64,000 bases of DNA from Mustelus asterias (taxonomy: Eukaryota): positions 112,778,001 through 112,842,000 of the forward strand of contig NC_135803.1 in assembly GCF_964213995.1 (NCBI RefSeq), given 5' to 3'. The notes under the pieces were generated by a model. The model made no database searches. It was given only the letters and a program-made list of their open reading frames with translations, and was not told where the DNA came from. The translations under genes were made by a program, and so were the position numbers. Each line of letters opens with the position of its first letter. Position 1 is the first letter of the stretch. Below are positions 37,997 through 50,400 of the stretch, piece after piece.

Positions 37997-38999
37997 GGGG
38001 GCGCTTCTCCCAAAAATGTTCTAAGCACTGAATTTGCGGGGAAATTGATGGAAATCAGAACTGTTTTTTCAGTGGGAGTTCAGAGTCGAATCTCCCACAC
38101 TCTGTGCAATGCAGAGGTCACAATTGTGAATCTCATTAAAAGCTCAGGGGTGCGGGGCCTGTTCACGCCAGAGTCTGACAGTTCCAGGCCTCTGCACATA
38201 CGCAGTGGCCCAGAACTGTCAGCCTTCAGTTTGCTGGCCAGCTCGATTGCTAGCCAGTGCGGGACCCTCGTGATACTGTCCCCTAAAAGCCCTCATGGCC
38301 CGATCGCAGCCCCCATGACCATTCCTGGGCCAGCCCCGATTCCCCCCCTCCCCTTGTCCAGGAGCGCCCGGATCTCCAGCACCCCCCGCCCCCCCTCCCC
38401 CCCCTCCCCCCCCCCCCCCCCGCCCCCAACAGTGATGATTCCCAACCCCCAGAAGATCCCCCTCCCCACAGGAGACAGACCTCACCGGCAGATCCATCCC
38501 CACCCAGCCCGCCCTGACCGCTGGCCTCCCTCCAGAGTGGCAGCGGGACCCCCCCACCCCCACCGATCACCCCAAGGACCCCGCCTCATAGGCCCTGCCC
38601 CCTTGGCACTGCCTGATGCCTGATCCCTGACCCCCTGGTGGGCCCTGATTGCCCCCCCTTCACTCCAGCGTGTCGGGCCGCTGGTTCCCCGAAAGTGGGG
38701 AGCTAGTCTGAACCCCGCTGGAGTGGAATTGTACTGGTGGGATGGGAGATGCTAGCGGGCCCAGAGACTTGAGTCCCGGGTCCAATAATCACATTTAAAT
38801 AAGATTAAAAATAGCTTTAAATGACTTACCTGCTGTTCCCACCGGTTTCCAGCGTGGTCCCGACTGCACCAGATATCCGGCGCTGGGTGATGTGCACGCG
38901 TCGGGAACGCATGCGCGAATCCCGCAAATTGGCCGACAAATGTTTCTCCCGGCTCGCTGCGCTAAAAAATTAGAGCAGCGGGATGGGAGAATCGTCCCC
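37997..38999 (+). mobile_element. ~1-kb GC-rich non-autonomous DNA transposon, copy D
   Basis: GGGGGCGCTTCTCCC...GGGAGAATCGTCCCC TIRs. Confidence 0.8.
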
Positions 39000-39001
39000 A
39001 G

Positions 39002-39133
39002 GGGATGGGATTTTACGACATCACTCGTCCCAAAATCGTAAAATCCCACCCGAGGTCAACGGACCTTTCCATTGTCCACCCACCTCCCGCTCCGATTCCT
39101 TTGGCAGGTGGGCAGGGCGGTAAAATTCCGCCC
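39002..39133. mobile_element. ~130-bp Harbinger-type MITE abutting copy D
   Basis: GGGATGGGATTTTAC...GTAAAATTCCGCCC; near-copy of 13046-13171. Confidence 0.75.
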
Positions 39134-41382
39134 AGAATCTATGCTTGGAGGAGTAGCTCCTCACAAATTCTGTCTCTTCTATTTTTGCTGTTCCTTGAAG
39201 TAAAATACCCAGAGGCAACTTTTCCTTCAATATTTTGAGGTTTTGCTTTTTTGTGAATTTGAGGGTGAGTTTGCCTGACATCTCAGTGTATTTTGGGTAT
39301 TCAGAGTAAGTCAGACAAGCATATGAGGGAGAAGGGAATAGAGGGTTACGCTCATGAATTTAGATGAGAGGAGGCTTGTCTCAGGACATTCGGCCCACCC
39401 AGTCCAAGCCTCCTCTCACCTAGATTTATCAGCTCAACCCTCTGTCCCCTTCTCCGTCATATGCTTGTCTGGCTTACCCTTCTACCCATCTATACCATTT
39501 GTTTCAACTGTGGTAGCGAGTTCCACATTCTTACCACGTGTGTGTTAAGAAGTTTTTTCTGAATTCCCCACCGAATTTCTTGATAAGTATTTTTTATTGA
39601 TGACCTTTAATTATGCACTTACCCACAAGTAGAAACATTCTCTCCATAGCATTTAGTCGTCTATTTTACTTTATGCACCACCATATAATTACCAACTTCT
39701 TTCATTTACCTAAAAGTACCACCCACTCCAACCCAAGGAAAGCATCCTTAGCTCCTGCAAAATTGTGACATGACTGTTTCCCTCATAACGGCCAGCTGAG
39801 CTTCTCTGAATAAGATCACAAATGGAGTGCAAACTGCATTGTATTATGGCCAGTCTGTGCTGGTGGTAAACTCCACTAGAAGTAGAATAAAGGCTCTTAC
39901 AAACTAATTTGACTTTCTTTCCTTCAAGGAAGCAAAGAGGGGAGGCCATTATCCCATAACAAAGTTGAATCCTTGCTGGAGCCAGTTTTCAAATATTTTC
40001 GAAAAGTCATCAACATTCTGAACATGTTGTGGCAGTGAAATTTATATCTCTATAATACTGAATTAGAACACAATTCACTGCATCTTTAATGCAGATCAGT
40101 CTTGACTTAATAATTCAGATCCTAGGCACTGCAAGCATTTTAATAATAAATATTTGTTTTTTTGGACAAATTATGAATTGTTCTATAGGTTGCAAACAAT
40201 GTCAAATATTCATGGTAGCATCTATTTATTGGCAAAATATTCCTTGTTCTGGGCAACATTAATCCTGGAAGTGTATTTAAGATAGTTTGTACTCAGTGGT
40301 ATTTAGTAGTTTAACTTCACTAATAAACTGAAGTAGTTCAATAAGTAGCAGAGATTGATCAACAATGATTAAGGTCACAATCCTTTTGTATATAAGCCTT
40401 ATGTTAAAACCAATCCTACAATAAGCAAATGTAAATTCATTCTCCCTCGCAACAGTTTGAGGTTGAACCAGTCTGTTTTCAATCATGCCGGACCCCACGG
40501 ACATCTCACATCATATCCACACCATCATTAAGGCCATTGCAACATCCCGGCCTTTTCCCCTGACTCTGCTCATCCTTTGCTGAAATTCTGATCCATGTCT
40601 TTGTTACCTCAGATTAGATGATTCCAATGCATTCCTGGCTGACAATCCAAACTCTATCTTCACAAAATCCAAAACTCTGCTGCCTGCGTCTTAGCTGGCA
40701 CTAAGCCCTGTTCATCCATTAGCTTTGTAGTTTGCCGGCATGCGCAGGCTCCCAGATAAACAATGCCTCAATTTCAAATTCTTCCTTGGTCTTGCTCCTT
40801 TTTGGCCTGAATTTTCAGGATGGCAAGGGCTCCTGAGAATGGTGGAGGTGCATTCCCTGCTGACTCCGACAGGTACACTGCCATTATATACTCAATTGAG
40901 AGGTGATTGGCAGCAGGGTCTGTCCTTGGACAGGTAAGTACTAGGAGTCCCAGAGCAGGATGTAGAGGGTACCTTGGGGAAGGTTGGGGGGAAGGGAGGG
41001 GTGGGTGTGTGTGTGTGTGTCTAGGGGGCGGAGTGTGATCCTGATGTCGGAGGAAGGCCAGGAGAGAGAAGCAAGTGCCAGAGCTCCCACAGTATTGAGG
41101 GGAGGGTGCCTCAATTCTGAAGTTCGCTTCATATTGAGGCAACCCCTTCCTCCGCCCATCCCACCCAAGATCATTAACTTTTTCTATTTGACAGCCTGGT
41201 CCAACCGGCATCCACCAGCCTAAAACACTAAGGCTGGGCCTGAATAGTGGCACTGGCGGGCTTCCCATCTGAGGCCCTGTCCACTGTCAGGGTCAGGACA
41301 GGTGGCTGTCCATGCATATTTTATCCCCCCACCCCGCACCCTCCCCACCGCCTCAGAACCTGCTGCGGGTGGATGGGGTGGG

Positions 41383-44300
41383 TGATGCACCTCAATGAGC
41401 ACCCGGAAACAAGGCTTTAGAACTGAAGGCTTTAATACATTAACAATGAAACTACTAACACAAATTCACCCGTTCAGACTGAAGGGGTCCTGCCGGAGCA
41501 GGGGGTCTTATACCCTGCCACCGGAGGCGGGACCCCACTGGAGTGTGCCATGATAACACTTAGGACAGGTAAACACCCTAACCCAACAACCCCAGTGGTG
41601 AACCAACGATGGTTCACCACATTCACCCCTCCTTTAGGAACCAAAGGTGGCGGGGTGGATGAAAACAGACAATGACAAAAAAAATAACAGGATTCACAAG
41701 TCCAGACGGTCTGGAGGACCACACCGACGCTGCGATCTTCTCAACACCGGTTGCGAAACCGGAGCAGGTGCTTGCGGTGGCTCTCTCAAAGCAACATCTG
41801 GCTGTCCCCTCAAAGACTCCCGGGCCGGCCGGCCCTGATGAGGCGATGGTGTAGGGGATCCTGGAACGTTTGGTGGTGGTGGTGGTGGTGATGATGGTGG
41901 CGCCGATCTCCGAGTCTCAGGCAAGCTGTACATGGGAGTAAAAGTGTTATGCACTGGTCCCGGTGCTGACCGCGCCACGTCTGGGGAAGTAATGAGGAGT
42001 AGTGGATCTGTGACTGGGGGAATAGGAGCGACAGGAGTTGCTACGTCCCCTGCGGGCGCCAGGTCTCTAATGGAGACAGTGTCCTCTCGCCCGTCAGGAT
42101 ATGCCACATAGGCATACTGAGGGTTGGCGTGGAGGAGTTGGACCGGTTCGACCAAGGGGTCGGACTTGCGAGCCCTCACATGGCGCCGCAGAAGGACGGG
42201 TCCTGGGTACGTCAACCAGGCTGGCAATGAGGTCCCCGAGGACGACTTCCGAGGGAATGAGAACATCCTCTCGTGGGGAGTAGCATTGGTTGCCGTACAC
42301 AGGAGGGAGCGGATAGAATGGAGCGCAGTTGGAAGGACCTCCTGCCACCGGGAGACTGGAAGGCCCTTGGATTTCAGTGCCAGTAGGACAGCCTTCCAGA
42401 CTGTAGCATTCTCCCTTTCCACCTGTCCGTTACCCCTAGGGTTGTAGCTCGTGGTTCTACTAGAGGCAATCCCGAATGAGAGCAGGAATTGCCTCAAGTC
42501 GTTGCTCATGAACGACGAGCCCCTGTCGCTATGAATATAGCAGGGGTACCCGAACAGGGTAAAAAGCTCACTGAATGCCTTGATGACGGTGGCAGTCGAC
42601 GTGTCCGCACAGGGGAAAACAAACGGAAACCGGGAAAATTCGTCTATTATGTTAAGAAAATAGACATTCCGATCCGTTGAGGGAAGGGGGCCCTTAAAAT
42701 CTACACTCAGCCTCTCAAAAGGGCGAGTGGCCTTGACCAAATGTGCCCGGTCTGGTCGATAAAAGTGTGGTTTGCATTCTGCGCAAATCCGACAACTTCT
42801 AGTAACTGACCTGACCTCCTCCACCGAGTAGGGTAGGTTGCGGGCTTTTATGAAGTGGTAGAGTCTGGTGACTCCAGGATGACACAGATCATTGTGGAGA
42901 GCCTTCAAGCGGTCCTCCTGCATGATGGCGCATGTTCCGCGCGAGAGGGCATCCGAGGGCTCATTGAGCTTCCCTGGACGATACATAATATCGTAATTAT
43001 AGGTGGAGAGCTCAATTCTCCACCGCAAGATCTTATCGTTCTTGATCTTGCCCCTCTGCGTGTTACTGAACATAAACGCCACGGATCGTTGATCCGTGAT
43101 CAGGGTGAACCGCTTACCTGCCAGGTAATGGCGCCAGTGTCTGACTGCCTCCACAATGGCCTGAGCCTCCTTTTCCACCGCTGAGTGCCGAATCTCTGGG
43201 CCTTGAAGGGTGCGGGAAAAAAACGCGACGGGCCTGCCTGCCTGGTTTAGTGTGGCGGCTAGGGCGAAGTCCGATGCATCACTCTCCACCTGGAAAGGGA
43301 TGGATTCATCCACCGCGTGCATCGTGGCTTTCGAGATGTCGCTTTTCAAAACCTTGAAGGCCAATTGGGCCTCCGGCGTAAGTGGGAAGGTCGTGGACTT
43401 AATGAGCGGACGAGCTTTGTCCGCGTAGTTGGGGACCCACTGTGCATAATACGAAAAGAACCCGAGGCATCTCCTCAGTGCTTTCGTGCTAGCGGGCAAG
43501 GGAAGTTCAGTGAGTGGGCGCATACGGTCTGGATCAGGGCCAATGACCCCGTTTTCCACCACGTATCCGAGGATGGCTAACCTACGCGTACGGAATACGC
43601 ACTTCTCCCTGTTATAGGTCAGATTCAGGCGAGATGCAGTGCGTAGAAAGTGTTGGAGATTCGTGTCGTGGTCCTGCTGGTCATGGCCGCAGATGGTGAC
43701 GTTATCCAGGTACGGGAAGGTAGCCCGCAACCCGTTCTGGTCCACCATTCGGTCCATAGCACGCTGGAAGACCGAGACCCCATTGGTGACACCAAATGGA
43801 ACCCTGAGGAATTGGTATAGACGACCATCCGCCTCAAAAGCCGTATATTGTCGGTCCTCTGGGCGGATGGGGAGTTGATGGTAGGCGGACTTAAGGTCTA
43901 TGGTAGAAAACACTCGGTACTGCGCAATCTGATTGACCATATCAGAAATGCGCGGGAGAGGATACGCATCCAGCTGCGTGTATCTATTAATGGTCTGACT
44001 ATAGTCGATGACCATCCGAGGTTTGTTCCCGCTTTTGACTACCACGACCTGCGCTCTCCACGGACTAGCACTGGCCTGTATGATCCCTTCCTTGAGGAGC
44101 CGCTGAACCTCAGATCTAATAAAGATCCGGTCCTCAGCGCTGTAACGCCTACTTTTAGTAGCGATGGGCTTGCAGCCAGGTACCAGATTTTAAAAAAGGG
44201 ATGGTGTCGTGATCTTCAGGGTGGATAGATTGCACGCGGGGCGCTTTGGGCAATTTGGAGGCTGCGGCTGGTTCCCTACTGCCAGTGAAGGGAGTGGCCC

Positions 44301-45947
44301 ACCGTACTGTAGGATCACACTCCTCATGTGGGCCATAAAGTTTAGTCCGAGGAGAATTGGCGCGCAAAGGTGAGGTAGCACAAGGAGCCTGTATTGCTCG
44401 TAAACTGTGCCCTGTACCTCAAGAGTTACCATACATCGTCCTTGGATCGGTACAGACCGGGACTGTGATGCCATGGAAATTGTCTGTTTGGCAGGGAGAA
44501 CCCGGAGTCCACACCTTTTAGCAGTTTCAGGGTGTATGAAACTTTCGGTGCTCCCACTGTCAAACAGACAATTCACAGTTCTGCCACTAACCTTTACCTC
44601 CATCATAGAATGTTCCAGTCTGTAATGCCTGGTCTGATCCAGAGAGATCGACGCCACCGTTGGCCCCTGGGCGTCACTGCATGCTGCCGATGTGGATGCT
44701 GAGGACCCCTGCTGGTCGCTCCTAGTCGTCGTGGACCATGATGGCCGCCCCCATGAATCGCATGTGGCCGAGGGCTCCAAGCGCAGCGACTCCTGGTGGT
44801 CTTCCTCCTCCTCTGTCTGCCACGATGGCGCCTTCCTGAGATCGCACGTGGTCGGACCTCGTGGGTACTGCAGCGCCGAAAGAGATGGTCTCCGTTCTGG
44901 AGGGTTACAAGCTGCACTGCCGTTTTTAGGTTTGGACCTGCAGACTTTGCCGTAGTGGCCTTTTTTACCGCACTGGCTGCAGATTGCCGTTCTTGCCGGA
45001 CACTGTTGCCGTGGATGCTTGGCCCCACCGCAAAAATAGCATCGCTGGCCACCTGGAGCTGCCGCCGTCGTCGAATCGATCTGGGAGCGCGGGTTCGCGG
45101 GGCGAGGAGGGAGCAGAGCTTGCTCCAACCACGTTGACTGCACGTGGTCCTCGGGGTACAGCGCCAAGCTCTTCGACGCCGCCTCCAACCTCACGGCCAT
45201 CCCCATTGCCTGGGTCAAGTTGAGTTTCCCCTTTTCTAATAATTTAAGTCTGATGTACGAGGACCCTACCCCTGCTACGAACGCGTCTCGGGCGAGGTCT
45301 TGCATGTACTGCTCGGCGGAGACATCCTTACAGTCACAACCCCTGGCAAGCTGCAGGAGTTCATTGGCGTAGTCTTCTATGGTCTCGCCCGACTGCCGAC
45401 GTCGTGTAGCGAGGAGATAACGAGCGTGAATCTCGTTGGGTGGCGTAATGTACCTATTCTTTAGGAGCTTGACGGCACCCTGGTAAGTGGAAGCTGCACG
45501 AATGGCTAGGTAAATCGTGTCGCTTACCCTTGCGTGGAGGACCTGGAGTCTATCACTGTCTGTAGTGATAGCTACCGAGGCTGCCAGGTAGTCCTCGAAG
45601 CACTTCCACCAATGTTCGAACGTGTTAGCTGCACCGACCGCACGTGGGTCCAGTGTCAGACGATCCGGTTTTAGGATCTGTTCCATATTCTCAGTTAATG
45701 TATTAAATTGATGCACCTCAATGAGCACCCGGAAACAAGGCTTTAGTACTGAAGGCTTTAATACATTAACAATGAAACTACTAACACAAATTCACCCGTT
45801 CAGACTGAAGGGGTCCTGCCGGAGCAGGGGGTCTTATACCCTGCCACCGGAGGCGGGACCCCACTGGAGTGTGCCATGATAACACTTAGGACAGGTAAAC
45901 ACCCTAACCCAACAACCCCAGTGGTGAACCAACGATGGTTCACCACA
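41383..45947 (-). mobile_element. Full-length Gypsy LTR retrotransposon 1
   Basis: 239-bp LTRs (41383-41621, 45709-45947) differing at 1 nt, TG...CA ends, 5-bp TSD GTGGG, PPT AAAGGAGGGGTGAA next to the 3' LTR. Confidence 0.97.
41694..45686 (-). CDS. Gypsy gag-pol polyprotein (Gag with 2 CCHC knuckles, PR, RT, RNase H, IN) with one in-frame TAA at 44190-44192
   Basis: MEQILKP start, CYFCGGAKHPRQQC and CSQCGKKGHYGKVC, LFDSGS, YLDN, ESDASD, IHSDRG and GQVER. Track ORFs 44190-45728 and 41694-44045 are in the same frame. Confidence 0.93.
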
Positions 45948-46649
45948 GTGGGGGACAGCATAAAATTCTGGCCTTTATCTCTGTAAATTCCTTTTGCTCC
46001 AGAACTCTCCAAGAAACCTGCTTCAGGTCTCTTGAGCATCCCTGATTTTAATGTCTGCATCATTAGATCCTGAGTCCGAAATTCCTTCCGTAAACCTCGC
46101 CACCTCTTTCTTCCTTTCAGAGGCTCCTTAAAGCCTCTACAACTACAGGAATATCTGTATGTGGTTCAGTGTGAAATTTTGTTTTACAATGATCCTGTGA
46201 AGCACCTTGGGATGTTGCATCATGTTAAAAGCACTATACAAATACAAGTTGCTGTTGTTATTAAGCTACTATTCTGTGAATGAAAGCCTATTCCATGGAG
46301 ATCAAAGTGCACGACACAAAGCTGGCTAATTTTTAAACAATGGAGCAACATGATGCTGGAAGAATCCGGCAGTGCTTTGTGAGAATTTATGGGAAGTACA
46401 AATATTTACAGGCAAAGACAGGTTGTTGGGCTCAGTATAGACTTTTGAAATTTTTGGTATTTTACCAACAACCACAGCTGAACATTCTGGCTGGATGATT
46501 AGTTAATTACCCAGTTATAATGGGACTGGATTTACTTCAAAAATAATGATAAGGTTAATGACCCTCACCATTATTTCCACACAAAATGGGATAGCATCTT
46601 CAGGCAAGCATAGAAACGTAGTTACTTCTATAAATACATAAATTATTGA

Positions 46650-47060
46650 TTCATGCAGAAGGCTGTGGGTTTAAGGCCCACTCCAGAAAGCTGAACAGAA
46701 AATCTAGGCTGGCACCCCAGTACTGAGGGTGCAGTGCAGCTGCCATCTTTTGGGTGACATGTTAAAACAAGGCCTGTTCAGCCTCTCAGGTAGACATGAA
46801 GATGACACTTGTTGAAAGAAATGGAGGGGACTCCCCCCGCCCCGCCCCCCCAGCCCTTGTGTCCTAGGCAGTATTTCCTCAATTATTAAAAACAGATTAT
46901 CATTAAAACAGATTACCTGGTCCTATCACACTGCTGTTTGTGAGAACCTGCTGTGTGCAAATTGTTGCCACATAACAGTTACTAGAATTCAAAGTGTTGT
47001 AAAGCGCTTTGGGACATTCTGAGGAAGTGAATGGCGATATGTAAATGCAAGACTTTCCGT
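46650..47060 (+). mobile_element. Deu-domain SINE
   Basis: CAGTACTGAGGG...CTCTCAGGTAGAC...AACAGATTACCTGGTC...GTAAAGCGCTTTGGGAC...GTAAATGCAAGACTTTC. Confidence 0.7.
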
Positions 47061-47189
47061 TCTCAGCTAATTCAGTATCGACCAGGGGGCAAATGTGGAA
47101 TTTTCCTGTTGTGCATGGCACAGCAGTTCAGTGTAGATACTGATTTTAAACACAGAGAGAATTTTACCGGCCACCTGTAGTTACTTGTA

Positions 47190-47737
47190 TTGTGTGCAGT
47201 ATTGGTCTTCTAGTCAGAGGAAGGACATTCTTGCTATTGAGGGAGTCCAGCGAAGGTCCACCAGACTGATTCCTGGAATGGCAGGACTGACATATGAAGA
47301 AAGACTGGATTGACTGGGCTTGTACTCACTGGAATTTAGAAGAATGAGAGGGGATCTCATCGAAGCATATAAAATCCTGATGGGACTGGACCGGCTAGAT
47401 ACGGGAAGAATGTTCCCGATGTTGGGGAAGTGCAGAACTCGGAGTCACAGTCTAAGAATCTGGGTTAAGCCACTCAGGACTGAGATGAGGAAGAACTGCT
47501 TCACTCAGAGTTGTGAACCTGTGGAATTCTCTACCACAGAAAGCTGTTGGGGCCGGTTTGTTAGGTGTGTTCAAGGGGGAGCTGGACGTGGCTCTTGTGG
47601 CTAAAGGGATCAAGGGGTATGGAGAGAAAGCGGGAGTGGGATACTGGAAGTGCATAATCAGCCATGATCATATTGAATGGTGGTGCAGGCTCGAAGGGCC
47701 GAATGGCCTACTCCTGCACCTATTTTCTATGTTTCTA
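47190..47737 (+). mobile_element. CR1 LINE 3' fragment
   Basis: LYSLEFRRMRGDLIEAYKI...NLWNSLP and TTTCTATGTTTCTA tail. Confidence 0.9.
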
Positions 47738-48213
47738 ATAATTGAGCAAATGTAAGTTTATTCAAACTGGTCGACTTTTGTCTGCTGAAGGATCTGAAAC
47801 TGCATCGTACAAACAGCAGTTGGTTACCAGGGCCACTGATCCACCAGCTTTTTGAAATATCAAGAGCACTGGGTTTCATTTCAGAAGTATATTCTACTGT
47901 GCAATTATCGACAACAACAGTCACCAAGCCAAAACATTGAACTATGAATGGAGAAACTGCAGTATATATGCACCAATATATAAGTAATTCGATTATCAAA
48001 AGAACGAGGGTGAAATTCAGAGACATGGCACAAACGTAGCATCAGAAAGCATAAAGTCAGAACATTAGAGGATGCAAAGCAACCGGATTAAAGCTGCATA
48101 AACGGTGACAAGGTACTTTTCTGAGATTATTATTTGCACCATTTAACAGACATTGCATAGATAGAGACAACATTTTCTAATAGCTTCCACAGCTTTTTGT
48201 TTGAGACACTTAC

Positions 48214-48406
48214 ACTTTTTTCAAATTGTGGCTGGAGAAAATCTTCAGCAAAAATGTGGAATTTTATCTTACTAAAGCTGAAGAGAATCACTGATTTTAA
48301 CATGGTCATGGTCTCTTCAAGCCGGTCTCCACAGGCCACCACTGCCAAGTGCATCCATTCTTCTCCATGCCATGTATGGAGGCGAAACAGTGGCTCATTA
48401 AAAATT
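48214..48406 (-). CDS. GXYLT2: GXYLT2 coding exon (193 bp; most 5' exon found in the window)
   Basis: gcctttag|.[64 protein letters not shown]|gtaagt. Confidence 0.94.
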
Positions 48407-48637
48407 CTAAAGGCAAACAGAATATTGATCAATTAAAATCTACCATTACAACTTGATATATGTGCACTGCCAGCTCAATCCTCTTCTTTCCTGCTTCTCT
48501 CATTGCCACATATGACAGAAGGTTCATATCATGTTCACTCTTTGATATCTCAGAATGAGTATAAGGATGGGCACAGAGCCTCAAACACATCAAAGTTTTA
48601 TGCCTTTGTCAATATTGAAAATGGTCAAATATTTTTT

Positions 48638-49784
48638 GACAGATCTTTGAAGGTGACGTCACAGGTGGAGAAGGTGGTGAAGAAGGCATATGGCATGCTT
48701 GCCTTTATAGGACGGGGCATAGAGTATAAAAGTTGGGGTCTGATGTTGCAGATGTATAGAACGTTGGTTCGGCCGCATTTGGAATACTGCGTCCAGTTCT
48801 GGTCGCCACACTACCAGAAGGACGTGGAGGCTTTGGAGAGAGTACAGAGGAGGTTTACCAGGATGTTGCCTGGTATGGAGGGGCTTGGTTATGAGGAGAG
48901 ATTGGGGAAACTGGGGTTGTTCTTGTTCTCCTTGGAAAGACGGAGGATGAGGGGAGACTTAATAGAGGTGTATAAAATTATGAAAGGCATAGATAGGGTG
49001 AACGGTGGGAAGCTTTTCCCCGGGTCGGTGGTGACGTTCACGAGGGGTCATAGGTTCAAGGTGAAGGGGGGGAGGTTTAACACAGATATCAGAAGGACAT
49101 ATTTTACACAGAGGGTCGTGGGGGCCTGGAATGTGTTGCCGGGCAAGGTGGTGGAGGCGGACACACTGGGAACGTTTAAGACTTATCTAGACAGCTATAT
49201 GAACGGAGTGGGAATGGAGGGATACAAAAGAGTGGTCTAGTTTGGACCAGGGAGCGGCGCGGGCTCATTGTTCTTTGTTTCTCGTTTCAAGGCTTCATTC
49301 TATGATCATCTTGCTGGTGCCAGTACAGAGCGAGACTGCGGATAGTTGGGAACCTGTCTCGGGGCCAGGGAATTCAGATGGTGTTCGTAAAGTAGAAGTG
49401 GAAATGAATAGGGTTGGGAAGCATTTTCTGATCAGGGCCAGTGTGATCTCCTGGACTCGTTTCGATCGCCTCAGGGGGTCGGAGAGGAATTTCCCAGATT
49501 TTTTTTCCCCATATTGGCCCTGGGGTTTTTCACTCTGGGTTTTCGCCTCTCCCTGGAGATCACATGGTCTGGAATGGGGGGGTGGGGGTGAGTTAATAGG
49601 TTGTGATGAACAAAGCATCGTAGCTGTGAGGGACAGCTCGGTGGATAGGATATTAGGATGTAGATAGGCTGGAAAATTGGGCGGGGATCCTGGATTCAGG
49701 ATTCAATCCTGGACCGGGGAGCGGCGCGGGCTTGGAGGGCCGAAGGGCCTGTTCCTGTGCTGTATTGTTCTTTGTTGTTCTTTG
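48638..49784 (+). mobile_element. Young 5'-truncated CR1 LINE with extended, composite 3' UTR
   Basis: Open RT C-terminus to 49240. GGACC.GGGAGCGGCGCGGGCT and ATTGTTCTTTG occur twice (about 49244-49277 and 49711-49784). Confidence 0.9.
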
Positions 49785-50090
49785 ACATCTGAACTGCCTT
49801 GTCGCACTAAACGATGAGGGATAATTTACAAAAGTATCCAGTTGTAGTTTTTATCTAAATATAAATTGCCTGCTGCAAATATCATTTAATAGTTTACAGA
49901 ATCATGGAACGGGACAGCAGAGAATAAGACAATCTGCCCTATCATTCCTGTGCCACCTCTGTGAATGAGCTCTCCTTTTAGCCCCATTTCCCTGTAGCTT
50001 GGCAAGTTTTACAACCTTAAGCATTCATCCAATTCCTTTTGAAAGCGACGATGATGGTGGGGTTTGCAATACTGACTGCAAGGTATGATT

Positions 50091-50400
50091 GGGCAGCATG
50101 GTGGCACAGTGGTTAGCATTGCTGCCTCACAGTGCCAGGGATCCAGGTTTGATTCCTGGCTTCGGTCACTGTCTGTGCGGAGTCTGCACCTTCTCTCCGT
50201 GTCTGCATGGGTTTCCTCTGGGTGCTCCGGTTTCCTCCCACAGTCTGAAAGCTGTGCTGGTTAGGTGCATTGGCCATACTAAAAGTTCTCCCTCAGTGTA
50301 CCTGAACAGGCACCGGAGTGTGGCGACGAGCGGATTTTCACAGTAACTTCATTGCAGTGTTAATGTAAGCCTACTTGTGACGCTAATAAAAAAATAAACT
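50091..50400 (+). mobile_element. V-type SINE with alternative tail
   Basis: Same head, core and tail as 20662-20963. Confidence 0.85.

Larger units (their letters stand above)
40500..46260 (+). mobile_element. L2 LINE 3' part (about 40500-40803 plus 45974-46260), split by a Harbinger-type element (40804-45973) that is itself split by Gypsy element 1
   Basis: AEILIHVFVTS..QNSAACVL..QCLNFK on the left and L2 tail CCTGTGAAGCACCTTGGGATG...ACAAGTTGCTGTTG on the right; GGCCTGAATTTT / AAAATTCTGGCC TIRs flanked by TTT. Confidence 0.65.

Noticed and set aside
37802-38623. 273-aa proline-rich ORF (and similar ORFs at 17.3-18.3, 24.8-25.2 and 31.7-32.6 kb)
   Set aside because: These arise from GC-rich, poly-C non-autonomous transposon sequence and the frames are not conserved between copies.
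44186-44200. Programmed -1 frameshift at CCCTTTTTTAAAA between gag-pro and pol of element 1
   Set aside because: Pol continues in the same frame after the TAA and the sister element has CAG there, so it is a point nonsense change.
20374-48406. Assignment as GXYLT1
   Set aside because: [36 protein letters not shown] and the VHTLCGR.PQVFLKQ C-terminus fit GXYLT2 better as I recall the paralogues; reciprocal BLAST would confirm.
48503-48640. Unique N-terminal extension of the 245-aa ORF
   Set aside because: Flanking intron sequence happens to be open upstream of a truncated CR1.
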